Part shown: piece after piece, positions 43,528 through 52,474 of the stretch
Layout: each line of letters begins with the position of its first letter
How positions within the stretch are numbered: the first letter of the stretch is position 1
DNA from: an uncultured Pseudomonadales bacterium
Lineage (GTDB): Bacteria > Patescibacteriota > Microgenomatia > UBA1400 > UBA12028
Length of the DNA: 54,422 nucleotides
Assembly (NCBI GenBank): GCA_964492495.1
Contig: CAZBKJ010000003.1
Span: forward strand, 1-54,422
Direction: 5' to 3'
The notes under the pieces: model-generated
Database searches by the model: none
What the model was told of the DNA's origin: nothing
What the model saw: the letters and a program-made list of their open reading frames with translations, nothing else
Translations under genes and position numbers: made by a program

Positions 43528-45081
43528 ATGAAACAGAAGCTTCTTGGACTCTTCATTGTTATTGTTGCATTTTTGGGCATACTGGACGCGACATATGTAA
43601 CGTACCAAGAAAGCCAAGGAATAATTCCACCTTGTACTCCACCTTTTTCCTGTGGACAGGTACTTGAAAGTAAGTGGTCACATATAGGGCCTGTGCCGAT
43701 ATCTGCAATTGGAGTTCTGTACTACAGTTTTGTTTTTGGTTTTGGAGTTGTTTTGTTCCTTGGAACACGAATTATTCACTATCCCAAAAAAGTTTCTGTG
43801 TATGTTGAAGACCTCCTTTTGACGTTCACATCGTGTGGTCTGCTTTTTTCCATGTACTTGATTTTTATTATGGCATTTGTTTTGCAGGCATGGTGCCTCT
43901 ATTGTCTTTTGTCTGCAAGTTTTTGCATCTTGCTCTTTGGGATGAGTTTTTTGCTTCACCGTGAGCTTCGATCTTCCAGACAAAATCCACGGTTGCCGCT
44001 TCGACGCTCGCTCTTTCGTGCACTGTATCAGTGGTGTCTAAAACCGCTGTATTTTTTACTTGATGCGGAGTTTGTTCATACAAATATGACAACAATCGGC
44101 AATGTGATGGGAAAATTTTTGGTCCTTCGATCACTTACTGCCTGGCTGTTTGCATACAGTGACAAGAAACTAGAACAAACAATTGATGGGATTGTGTTCC
44201 CAAATCCAGTCGGACTTTCAGCAGGATTTGACTATAACGCAGAGCTTCCCGGGATACTTCCAAGTGTTGGTTTTGGATTCGCCACAATTGGAACGGTAAC
44301 GAACGAGCCGTATGAGGGAAATCGAAAGCCACGTCTTGGGCGCTTTCCAAAATCACAAGCTCTTGTTGTCAATAAAGGTTTTAAATCACTTGGTGCAAAA
44401 GCTATTATTAAGAAACTTGAAGGGCACTCATTTGCAATTCCGATTGGAATTAGCATTGGAAGTACAAATAAAAACTATGACTCACTTGGTCTCCAGATTG
44501 AAAATGTTGTTGCAGGCTTTAAGCAGTTTGAAGCGTCAAAAGTAGCGCATAGTTACTATGAACTCAATATCAGTTGCCCGAACACAGCAGGAGGGCAACC
44601 GTTTACGACTCCGGCTCGATTGAAGAAACTTCTTGTGGCGCTGCAAAAACTACATATTTCAAAACCCATCTACATAAAGATGCCGATTGATCTGCAGTTT
44701 TCAGAAGTGCTGCCACTTTTAGAGCTTGCTGATAGCTTTAACATTCACGGCGTTATTTTTGGAAACTTAACAAAAGATAAAAATAATCCTGATGTGCATC
44801 CAGCTGATAAGAAAAGTTGGAAAAATATTCAAGGAAATTTGAGTGGGAAACCAACATGGAATCGGTCAAACAATTTGATCCAGATGACGAAGAAGACTTT
44901 TGGATCTCGGTTTACGATCATTGGGGCAGGTGGAATTTTTACCCCAGAGGATGCACAATTTAAGTTGTCTTTGGGGGCGGATCTTGTAGAGCTTATTACC
45001 GGAATGATCTATGAAGGGCCACAATTGATTGGTGCAATCAATGAGTACATACGAGATACAAAGGTGTATCGTACAAAGTAA
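43528..45081 (+). CDS. pyrD: Fusion protein: N-terminal VKOR (vitamin K epoxide reductase-family) membrane domain plus dihydroorotate dehydrogenase (class-2-like)
   Basis: The VKOR part has 4 TM segments, a loop Cys pair PPCTPPFSCGQV, a conserved Ser (ESKWS) and CxxC (AWCLYCLL). The DHODH part has YFLLDAEFVH, NPVGLSAGFDYNAE, IGTVTNEPYEGNRKPRLGRF, VNKGFKSLG, YELNISCPNT, IIGAGGI and ELITGMIYEGP. Confidence 0.8.
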   Translation: MKQKLLGLFIVIVAFLGILDATYVTYQESQGIIPPCTPPFSCGQVLESKWSHIGPVPISAIGVLYYSFVFGFGVVLFLGTRIIHYPKKVSVYVEDLLLTFTSCGLLFSMYLIFIMAFVLQAWCLYCLLSASFCILLFGMSFLLHRELRSSRQNPRLPLRRSLFRALYQWCLKPLYFLLDAEFVHTNMTTIGNVMGKFLVLRSLTAWLFAYSDKKLEQTIDGIVFPNPVGLSAGFDYNAELPGILPSVGFGFATIGTVTNEPYEGNRKPRLGRFPKSQALVVNKGFKSLGAKAIIKKLEGHSFAIPIGISIGSTNKNYDSLGLQIENVVAGFKQFEASKVAHSYYELNISCPNTAGGQPFTTPARLKKLLVALQKLHISKPIYIKMPIDLQFSEVLPLLELADSFNIHGVIFGNLTKDKNNPDVHPADKKSWKNIQGNLSGKPTWNRSNNLIQMTKKTFGSRFTIIGAGGIFTPEDAQFKLSLGADLVELITGMIYEGPQLIGAINEYIRDTKVYRTK

Positions 45082-45089
45082 GGAGTATT

Positions 45090-45719
45090 ATGCTATTTTC
45101 AAAATCCGAGCTGGGAATATATGGAAGAGTTGTGTTTGTAAGTTTGGTTTTGTACGGAGCGTTGTATGCCTATACAAGCTACATGGGTATCCCCAATGTG
45201 ATGAATAAAAGTGTCGCAGATGCATCGATTGTCCTGATTGGACTTTCCATGTGGCTGTCATCCCTAAGTTACTTTTTTACCATCTTTGATCCGCTGATCA
45301 AGTATCGAAAACACCTCGGGCTCGTGGGTTTTGCGTATGGAGTGACCCATATCATTCTCTCGTTTTCTGCCTTACAGCTTCTCTTTGATATCAAAACTTG
45401 GCAAACAGGCACCATGTGGCCAGCGCTCACGGGTCTACTTGCGACAGTTATTTTTTCGGTGATGACGCTAATCTCAAATAGGCTGATGATGACAAAACTG
45501 GGTGTTGTGCTTTGGAGACAAATTCTTCGACTCGGATATATAGCCATGATTTTTGTGGTAGCGCATGTTGTGCTTTTAAAGTATGCACGTTGGGCGACCT
45601 GGGCGAGTGAACTCCAGTCACCACCGTCTACAAGCTTGATGGTGACTGTGTTCTCGTTGGTTGTGATCCTCATGCGACTACTTATGGAATGGAGAATTCG
45701 TCGTACTGCAATACGATAG
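45090..45719 (+). CDS. Six-TM ferric-reductase-domain / MsrQ(YedZ)-like putative heme-b membrane protein
   Basis: 209 aa with 6 TM segments. His residues sit in TM3 (RKHLGLVGFAYGVTHI) and TM5 (LWRQILRLGYIAMIFVVAHV), in the same pattern as E. coli MsrQ (R..LGL..F....H and W..LH..Y......H). It starts 8 nt after the VKOR-DHODH stop. Confidence 0.55.
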   Translation: MLFSKSELGIYGRVVFVSLVLYGALYAYTSYMGIPNVMNKSVADASIVLIGLSMWLSSLSYFFTIFDPLIKYRKHLGLVGFAYGVTHIILSFSALQLLFDIKTWQTGTMWPALTGLLATVIFSVMTLISNRLMMTKLGVVLWRQILRLGYIAMIFVVAHVVLLKYARWATWASELQSPPSTSLMVTVFSLVVILMRLLMEWRIRRTAIR

Positions 45720-45838
45720 AAAAAAGCAGAAACAGGAATTGCCACTTGAAAATGGGCGAGCTCCGGGGGAAAACATTTACTTCTTTCTCGACCAATTGTG
45801 AAGTATACCTGCGAAACCTGAAGATATGTGTTCATTTG

Positions 45839-46300
45839 TCATAGTGCTTTTTTGATTCTCTGAGCATACGGTAAACGTTCCTCAGGTGTTGTCTCTCTTT
45901 TGCTTGTCATGTGGGTATGAATCTCGTCATTTGTGTAACGTGGAAACAGATGAAGATGGTAATGAAACGCATGTTGTCCACTTGCAGGCTCGTTGTTTTG
46001 GAGTGTCATAACACCTTCACACTGATAGGCTTCTTTCATCGCGATTGCCATTTTTCTAGCAATAGCAAAGATATGTGAACCTATTTCGCCCGGAAGGTCA
46101 TATAGATTTTCGTAATGTATAAGTGGAACAATGATCAGGTGACCGGGATTATTTCCAATGAAATAGGAAGCGACAAAGACCATTACATGCTCATCTTTAT
46201 ATACGATGTCCTGCTTTTTAATTAAGGTCTTCTCGCTCTCAATTCCTTGTACTCCCAAGCAGATCGGACAAATGTATTCAGCTGGTGCGTGAGTATACAT
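45839..46300 (-). CDS. HIT-family (histidine triad) nucleotide hydrolase/transferase
   Basis: The histidine triad HAFHYHLHLFPR and an N-terminal CPIC zinc-motif-like pair are present, at a typical size of 153 aa. Confidence 0.85.
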   Translation of the reverse strand: MYTHAPAEYICPICLGVQGIESEKTLIKKQDIVYKDEHVMVFVASYFIGNNPGHLIIVPLIHYENLYDLPGEIGSHIFAIARKMAIAMKEAYQCEGVMTLQNNEPASGQHAFHYHLHLFPRYTNDEIHTHMTSKRETTPEERLPYAQRIKKAL

Positions 46301-46330
46301 AAAGTTGGAATAACGTAGATTTTTATCTAT

Positions 46331-46585
46331 CTATTTTCCTAGCTCTTCGTCAATTATTTTTTCAATATCAATCGCCGTGCTTGAATCAAAATTTGGATCG
46401 TCGCTTAGGTAGCTTACGAGTCTTACCTCACCTCCAGTGACTGTTTGATTGGCCTGAGGTATCACTGTACGTATGAGCTTGAACAGTTGAGCTTGCTCTT
46501 CATCCGTTAAACTTTCCTTAGATGCCTTTAATGTGAGTTCGTTTAACCGACTTTGTCCTGCTATAGAGTTTTCCGTCATATCCAT
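46331..46585 (-). CDS. Hypothetical acidic 84-aa protein
   Basis: A single clean ORF in an otherwise unassigned interval, lying upstream of the HIT gene on the same strand. No motif was recognised. Confidence 0.4.
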   Translation of the reverse strand: MDMTENSIAGQSRLNELTLKASKESLTDEEQAQLFKLIRTVIPQANQTVTGGEVRLVSYLSDDPNFDSSTAIDIEKIIDEELGK

Positions 46586-46677
46586 TCTCCTTTTTGTTCT
46601 TGAAGTATACCAACCTGATCAAGCACAGGGAAATCGAATGTCAATTGAATCAAGTCCCATGTGGTAGCATAGGATCT

Positions 46678-47754
46678 ATGGCGCTTATTGGCTTGAATAC
46701 ACTTTTTCTAGTTCCAAACCAGGTCGGTGGAACTGAGTACCTCACACGAGCGTTTATTGATGCTCTGCAAAAAGACACAACTCATCAGTACGTCCTTTTT
46801 TGTAACAGAGAGAATGCAGATACCTTTCAGGTTGATCCCACAAGAATGAAGAAGGTCGTGTGTCCTGTATCGGCATCAAATCGTATTGCCCGAATAGTGT
46901 ATGAGCAGTGTATTTTTCCTTTTGTGATACAAAAAGAACGGTGTGATCTCTTACATTCCTTCGGGTACACCGCACCTTTTTTTGCTTCATGTCCACAGAT
47001 AACAACGGTTCATGACACCAACTGGCTTGATCATCCTGAAGATTTTTCTCTGCTTTCTCGGTTTATGACGAATGTCCTGGTGAGAGGGGCAATCAAGAAA
47101 AGTGTAAAAGTCATCACTGATAGTGCATTTTCAAAATCCAGACTTTTGTTGCACTTCCCAGATCACGTAAAAAAAGTTGAGATTGTTCTTCCGATCATTG
47201 ATACAAAACTCTACAAATCTCCTTTTGTTGTCGTCCCAAAAGAGTTGTCAGGAAAGAAGTATTTCTTGTGTGTCAGTGCACTATATCCACACAAAAAAAT
47301 TCCGTTTCTTCTCAAGCTTTGGGAAGAAATTGAGCAGCAAGACACAAAGATCCCCTTGGTTTTGGTTGGAAGAAATGGGAGAGATGAAGAAGGTGTTACA
47401 GCGAAACTGAAATCCTTGCAGTCTGTTGTCTATTTTCCCAAGGTTTCCTTTGAAATGCTGCAGTCCTTGTACCACCATGCTTCTGGGTTTATTCACCCTA
47501 GCGTCTACGAAGGTTTCGGATACCCGGTCTATGAGGCGTACGGAGCCTCTCTACCAATCCTTGTGGGGAAAAAGAACATGTATGAACAAAGCATACAAGC
47601 AAATCTAGAAGAGCTGACGTTTGATAGCAAAAAGGACAGTACAATGGTGAAGCGAATACTAGAGCGTACAAAAACAAAAAAGCCAAACCATCTCTGGAGT
47701 GATACAGACTCACTACAAAACCTACTTATCGTGTATGCAAAAGCACTTCAATAA
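46678..47754 (+). CDS. GT4 (group 1) glycosyltransferase
   Basis: Start set to ATG 46678 (MALIGLNTLFLVPNQVGGTEYL). The E-x7-E block is SVYEGFGYPVYEAYGASLPILV. Confidence 0.8.
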   Translation: MALIGLNTLFLVPNQVGGTEYLTRAFIDALQKDTTHQYVLFCNRENADTFQVDPTRMKKVVCPVSASNRIARIVYEQCIFPFVIQKERCDLLHSFGYTAPFFASCPQITTVHDTNWLDHPEDFSLLSRFMTNVLVRGAIKKSVKVITDSAFSKSRLLLHFPDHVKKVEIVLPIIDTKLYKSPFVVVPKELSGKKYFLCVSALYPHKKIPFLLKLWEEIEQQDTKIPLVLVGRNGRDEEGVTAKLKSLQSVVYFPKVSFEMLQSLYHHASGFIHPSVYEGFGYPVYEAYGASLPILVGKKNMYEQSIQANLEELTFDSKKDSTMVKRILERTKTKKPNHLWSDTDSLQNLLIVYAKALQ

Positions 47755-49579
47755 ACTTACCCTAGAAATAGTCGTGCTCTTCTCAGGACTCTTTGTAGTT
47801 GGAAGCTCGTATGTGCTTTCATTTTTCAACGCATTCTCTCAAGTGTACCTTTCGATGGTCGCTGTCATCCTTTGTTTTTTTTGGATGGGTTTTATCTACT
47901 CGAAGTTCCCCAAAGTAAAGTACTCATCCATTTCATTTCGCCGTCACATCACACTGTGTGTCTTTGGAATTTTCGCTCTACTCACATTCTTTCAAGGGTT
48001 TTTGTCTCGGCCAACGACGACAGATGCTCATAACTACCATATTGCTCGTGCGATGTACTGGATGGCCGATAGAACAGTACTGCAAGATCAAGTCTATACT
48101 TCACATGACTTCATGGGTCCATTCCCAAGCATGCTCAATGCAGTTCTCTATAGTACTCTAGACGCCGATACACTCTTGTTTTTTGGACAATGGATTTCGT
48201 TTGTCTTGTGTTTCTTTTTGGTAGGAAGGCTTGCGGATTCACTATCGGCAACGCCTACCCAGAGAAAGATTGCACAACTTTTATTTCTTGCGATTCCCAT
48301 CGTCGTGCTTGAAGCAAGTAGTACGCAAGCAGACCTACTGGTCACTGTGTGGTCGCTTTTGACAGTTCTTTTTGCACTGCGCTACAGGTATCAAGCGAAG
48401 TCACATACTCTCATTTTTCTCTGTCTTGCTGTTGGCTTAGGGATTCTTACCAAAGCGACCATGTATATCTATGCGATCATTCCTTTTATCATTGTTGTGT
48501 GGTCTTTTTATCACAGCAAAGAGAAAGTGAAGAGCGTTTTGTTTGGAAGTGCTGGAATTCTGTGTCTGGTTTCACTCCTGCTTCCGATGGTGCTTCAAAA
48601 CAAACGGCTCTTTGACTCATATCTTGGGGATAGTTACAAAATAGAAGGAGGGAAAATACCCTTTACAGTCACTGAGTATACGATTGGTGGTGCCATTTTG
48701 AATGTCTATAGAAATATTGTGATGAATGTGCCATTTCTTGTCTTTGCTCCTCAAATTGATCGTATCGTCGAGCCTGTGTTCATTTCTCTTGGAACATCAT
48801 TTTCAGATAGGCGATATGCATGGTTTGAGCAGAAGTTTGAACATTTGTCGTTTCCAATCCCTCAAGAAGACATAGCTCCTGCTCCTATTCAGGTTGTATT
48901 GATCCTCACTGCGACAGCTTTTGTATGGAAGAGGAAAGGAAAGAAAGAGCTAGCAGTTCTTTTTTATGCTTCTGTCCTTTCGTTTGTAGTTTTCTCCGTT
49001 GTATTGCTTTGGCAGGAATATCATGTCCGACAACACATATCTCTCATGGTGATTTTCTTGCCAGTGGTTGCGCTCGTCATTCCTTTTTCACAATACATCT
49101 GGAAAATAATTGTTGCACTCTCAGTCTCATCTGCATTTGTTGTCCTTCTTGCCAATACATCAAGGCCTCTCATCTCGTACGAACATATATTCCCATATAT
49201 TTCATCCTATGCGCCAACGGGCTTTTCTCCGCCTGAATCCGTTTTGTATGGTAGAACTGACCAGCAACTGTTTTTGTCACGACCATACTGGTATACACCG
49301 TATACAGAAACAATCGCTCTACTGCGACAAAATAATATTCGTGTTGTCCGCCTACGTGTGGACGAAGGGTACATCTATCCCTTTATAGCGCTGGCAAAAG
49401 ACAAAGGAATAGTTGTTGTTTCAAATGCAACAACTCCAGTTGAAGCTGAAGTCTTTGCTGGACTGAGAGAAAAATATCAATTTGCTCCAGCCGATAGCTG
49501 CATTGCTGTCCAGGGTCAGCGACAGATTATGTGCGTTCGTTTTGCCGTACCAACAATACAGAAAATCTCCAGTCTATGA
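47735..49579 (+). CDS. Large polytopic membrane protein, putative GT-C-like glycosyltransferase
   Basis: Start set to ATG 47735 (MQKHFNKLTLEIVVLF). There are about 13 TM segments, the first large loop is TTDAHNYHIARAMYWMADR, and there is a C-terminal soluble domain. The family is not firmly assignable. Confidence 0.5.
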   Translation: MQKHFNKLTLEIVVLFSGLFVVGSSYVLSFFNAFSQVYLSMVAVILCFFWMGFIYSKFPKVKYSSISFRRHITLCVFGIFALLTFFQGFLSRPTTTDAHNYHIARAMYWMADRTVLQDQVYTSHDFMGPFPSMLNAVLYSTLDADTLLFFGQWISFVLCFFLVGRLADSLSATPTQRKIAQLLFLAIPIVVLEASSTQADLLVTVWSLLTVLFALRYRYQAKSHTLIFLCLAVGLGILTKATMYIYAIIPFIIVVWSFYHSKEKVKSVLFGSAGILCLVSLLLPMVLQNKRLFDSYLGDSYKIEGGKIPFTVTEYTIGGAILNVYRNIVMNVPFLVFAPQIDRIVEPVFISLGTSFSDRRYAWFEQKFEHLSFPIPQEDIAPAPIQVVLILTATAFVWKRKGKKELAVLFYASVLSFVVFSVVLLWQEYHVRQHISLMVIFLPVVALVIPFSQYIWKIIVALSVSSAFVVLLANTSRPLISYEHIFPYISSYAPTGFSPPESVLYGRTDQQLFLSRPYWYTPYTETIALLRQNNIRVVRLRVDEGYIYPFIALAKDKGIVVVSNATTPVEAEVFAGLREKYQFAPADSCIAVQGQRQIMCVRFAVPTIQKISSL

Positions 49580-50535
49580 AAAAGAAACGCCCAAGTGTGT
49601 GTTTTTTTGTGATTGCCTACGGACAGGAAGAAATTGTAGATGCGTGTTTGAAAAATCTCACGACTCTTTTTTCCCCCCAAGATATTTGGTTGATTGATAA
49701 TGCATCACCAACAAGTCTTGCAAAGATAGCAAAAAAATATGGGGTTCACTGTGACAGGCAGGTTGAGAATAAGGGATATTCAGGTGGATGCAATAGTGCC
49801 GTCTCAATTTTTCAAAAAAAGACAACTGCAGATGTCTGTTGTTTGCTCAACAGTGATGTGTTTTTTGATGGGCAGTTTGTTGCGCAGTTGCCATACGAGT
49901 TGTTACGTTTACAACACGACTTGAAACTTGCACTTATTCAGCCAGTACTCTATATGGATACCCAAAAGGGACGAGTTGAGAATAATGGAATACGATACTT
50001 TCAAAGCGGTCTCGCGTTTCAGTCGATGCGAGACAGTGGCAAGGTGGTCGTGAATGGTGCGTGCATGTTACTCAAGCGTGTAGCAGTAGAAGATATCATT
50101 TCTCAAGATGGGTTTTGTTTTGAAGAGATTTTTTGGAGCTATGCGGAAGATGTTGAGCTATCGTTGCGGTTACTCTCAAGAGGCTGGAAAATTGATGTGA
50201 GTCCCTTGCTCTCTGCACAGCACTTGGGCTCTGTTTCATTTGGGAGAGGCTCTAGCAGATCGAGGTATTTGTATGCTCGAAATCTTTTTTGGACAATACT
50301 TATAGCCTGGGATCGAAAAATGCTTGAAAAATACGTCTTGCACGTGTTTGTCGGTCAATTGCGCATCTTTGTTGAGTTTGCTGTTAGTGGAGAAATTGGA
50401 GGGTATATAAAACTCTTACGAGAATCCCAGGAAAAAAAGAATGTACTCTTGAAAAAAAGAGAAAATTTTCAAGGAAAGAAAACACATTCATTTGAAGCGT
50501 ATCTACAACCAGGAAGTTTCCCTGTCAGGCGTTAA
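49576..50535 (+). CDS. GT2 glycosyltransferase
   Basis: Start at ATG 49576 (ATGA overlap). Motifs are VCFFVIAYGQEE, IDNASPTS, NKGYSGGCNSA and LLNSDVFF. Confidence 0.75.
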   Translation: MKKKRPSVCFFVIAYGQEEIVDACLKNLTTLFSPQDIWLIDNASPTSLAKIAKKYGVHCDRQVENKGYSGGCNSAVSIFQKKTTADVCCLLNSDVFFDGQFVAQLPYELLRLQHDLKLALIQPVLYMDTQKGRVENNGIRYFQSGLAFQSMRDSGKVVVNGACMLLKRVAVEDIISQDGFCFEEIFWSYAEDVELSLRLLSRGWKIDVSPLLSAQHLGSVSFGRGSSRSRYLYARNLFWTILIAWDRKMLEKYVLHVFVGQLRIFVEFAVSGEIGGYIKLLRESQEKKNVLLKKRENFQGKKTHSFEAYLQPGSFPVRR

Positions 50536-52388
50536 AAGAACTCGTCGTACCATTTTGCCAGCATAAAGAATTTCCAGAGTTGAGCTGAGTAGTCACTCAC
50601 CCCATCCTGGTGATAGGTATACATCTTTTGGATTGTCGCAAAATCGAGCACAGTGAAGAGCTGGTGTGATGAATCGGTGAACACACGATCAAACTGTTTT
50701 TTTAGTGTCGTTTTCATCCATTCATTGACTGGTAAAACGAATCCTCGTTTGGGAAGCATTCGAATGTGTTCTGGAATGAGATCAGTACAGGCTTCTTTGA
50801 GAATCCATTTGGTTTCTCCATGCTTTTGTTTAAGCGACAATGGAATTGTGGCTGCAAACTCAACCAATCGGTAGTCAAGCAAGGGAGATCGTCCTTCAAG
50901 TGCCCACTGCATACTGGCAATGTCGATCTTGGTCATCAGTCCATCTGGTAAAACTGTCTGCAGATCCATTGAAAGTACCGAACTCACTGGATCACGACCG
51001 TTTGAAGGAAGATGTTTTTGCATTTCTTTTTGGATTGTGTTGCTGTGATCCTTCCACATATCGTTCATCTGTATACCATTGGTGTATCCTCTGGCATACA
51101 AAGGGTACGTTGAAAGCGGATCACCGGACATAAGGTGAGATACTCGCAGTATTCGCTGATACAGTTGGTTTGGCAAAAGTGTTGAAGCAAATGGAGACAC
51201 AAGCTGATAGATAAGTGAAGCAGGAAGCTTCAACCACGCAAGACGTGAAATAAACTGAAGCGTCGTATAGTTGCTGTATCCGAAAAAATTTTCATCGCCT
51301 CCATCGCCGTTTAATGCGACTGTCACGTGTTTTCGGGCTAGCTGGCTTACGTAGTACGACGGAATAGCAGATGAGTCTCCAAATGGCTCATCGTACGCTC
51401 TGACAATTTTTCCAAGGAGTTCATCTCCAACTTTGGGATGAATCTCTAACTGTGTATGTTTTGTGTGGTGAAACTCACTTGAAATTTTCGCATCTTGTCT
51501 CTCATCCATTCCCCAACTAGGAGAACCGACCGTAAACGTGCGAATAGGACGAGCTGACGCCCGACTCATTATTCCTGTCACGATACACGAATCAACACCA
51601 CCTGATAAAAAGGCTCCGATAGGTACGTCACTAATCATTCGTAAAGAGACCGCAGAATCTAACAGCGAGCGGAGTTCTTTTTTCGTTTCATGAATACTTC
51701 GATCAAGATTTGGTTGCATCTTCACAGACCAATACGACTGAATTGTGAGTGAACCATTGTGAAGCAGCAGAAATGATGCCGGAGGAAGTTTGAAGATGTT
51801 TTTGAAGCCAGTTTTTGGAGAAGGCACAAATCCCCAATAGATGTATGAAGCGATGGCGTCGTTATCAATCTCCTTTGGAATCTCATTTTGTGTGAAGAGA
51901 GCTTTGATCTCTGATGCAAAAGCAAATGTCTTTCCATCAAAAAAATACTTGAAGGGTTTTTTTCCTAGTCTGTCTCTGGCTGCAAACAGGACATCTTCTT
52001 TTTTGTCATAGATAACAAATGCAAACATGCCGTTAAAATACTCCACACACTTTGTTCCATACTCCTGATACATCGCAAGCATCACTTCAGTATCAGAGGA
52101 AGAAGTAAATCGGTACTTTTTTCGTTCAAGTCGTTCTTTAAGCTCTTGGAAGTTGTAGATTTCTCCATTAAACGTAATCCAAAACCGTCCGTTGGCATAA
52201 CTCATTGGTTGATGTCCTTTGGGGGAGAGATCAATGATTGCGAGCCTTTGCTGTGCGAGTCCGACATTCCCGATGATTTCTACACCGGCGTCATCTGGGC
52301 CTCGATGGTGTATTGCCTGATTCATCCTGCTAAGATCGGCTTTTTTTGGCACCTTCTGACTCGAGTATTTGCCACAAATTCCACACAT
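50532..52388 (-). CDS. asnB: Asparagine synthase (glutamine-hydrolysing)-family amidotransferase
   Basis: It has the N-terminal nucleophile MCGICG, the Ntn-amidotransferase block RGPDD...HQP and the PP-loop FLSGGVDSCIV, at 618 aa. Confidence 0.9.
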   Translation of the reverse strand: MCGICGKYSSQKVPKKADLSRMNQAIHHRGPDDAGVEIIGNVGLAQQRLAIIDLSPKGHQPMSYANGRFWITFNGEIYNFQELKERLERKKYRFTSSSDTEVMLAMYQEYGTKCVEYFNGMFAFVIYDKKEDVLFAARDRLGKKPFKYFFDGKTFAFASEIKALFTQNEIPKEIDNDAIASYIYWGFVPSPKTGFKNIFKLPPASFLLLHNGSLTIQSYWSVKMQPNLDRSIHETKKELRSLLDSAVSLRMISDVPIGAFLSGGVDSCIVTGIMSRASARPIRTFTVGSPSWGMDERQDAKISSEFHHTKHTQLEIHPKVGDELLGKIVRAYDEPFGDSSAIPSYYVSQLARKHVTVALNGDGGDENFFGYSNYTTLQFISRLAWLKLPASLIYQLVSPFASTLLPNQLYQRILRVSHLMSGDPLSTYPLYARGYTNGIQMNDMWKDHSNTIQKEMQKHLPSNGRDPVSSVLSMDLQTVLPDGLMTKIDIASMQWALEGRSPLLDYRLVEFAATIPLSLKQKHGETKWILKEACTDLIPEHIRMLPKRGFVLPVNEWMKTTLKKQFDRVFTDSSHQLFTVLDFATIQKMYTYHQDGVSDYSAQLWKFFMLAKWYDEFF

Positions 52389-52474
52389 AAAAGGTCTTTC
52401 GTACAGAGGATATAATGTAATTCCTTTGTATCATAGTTTTGACCAAACTTCGACTCGTGTGGTATAGAGAGAGG

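Noticed and set aside
45269-45835. 188-aa ORF on the - strand
   Set aside because: It is almost entirely antisense to the 6-TM MsrQ-like gene, which has family-typical His/TM features. The antisense product has no recognisable motif and looks like a shadow ORF.
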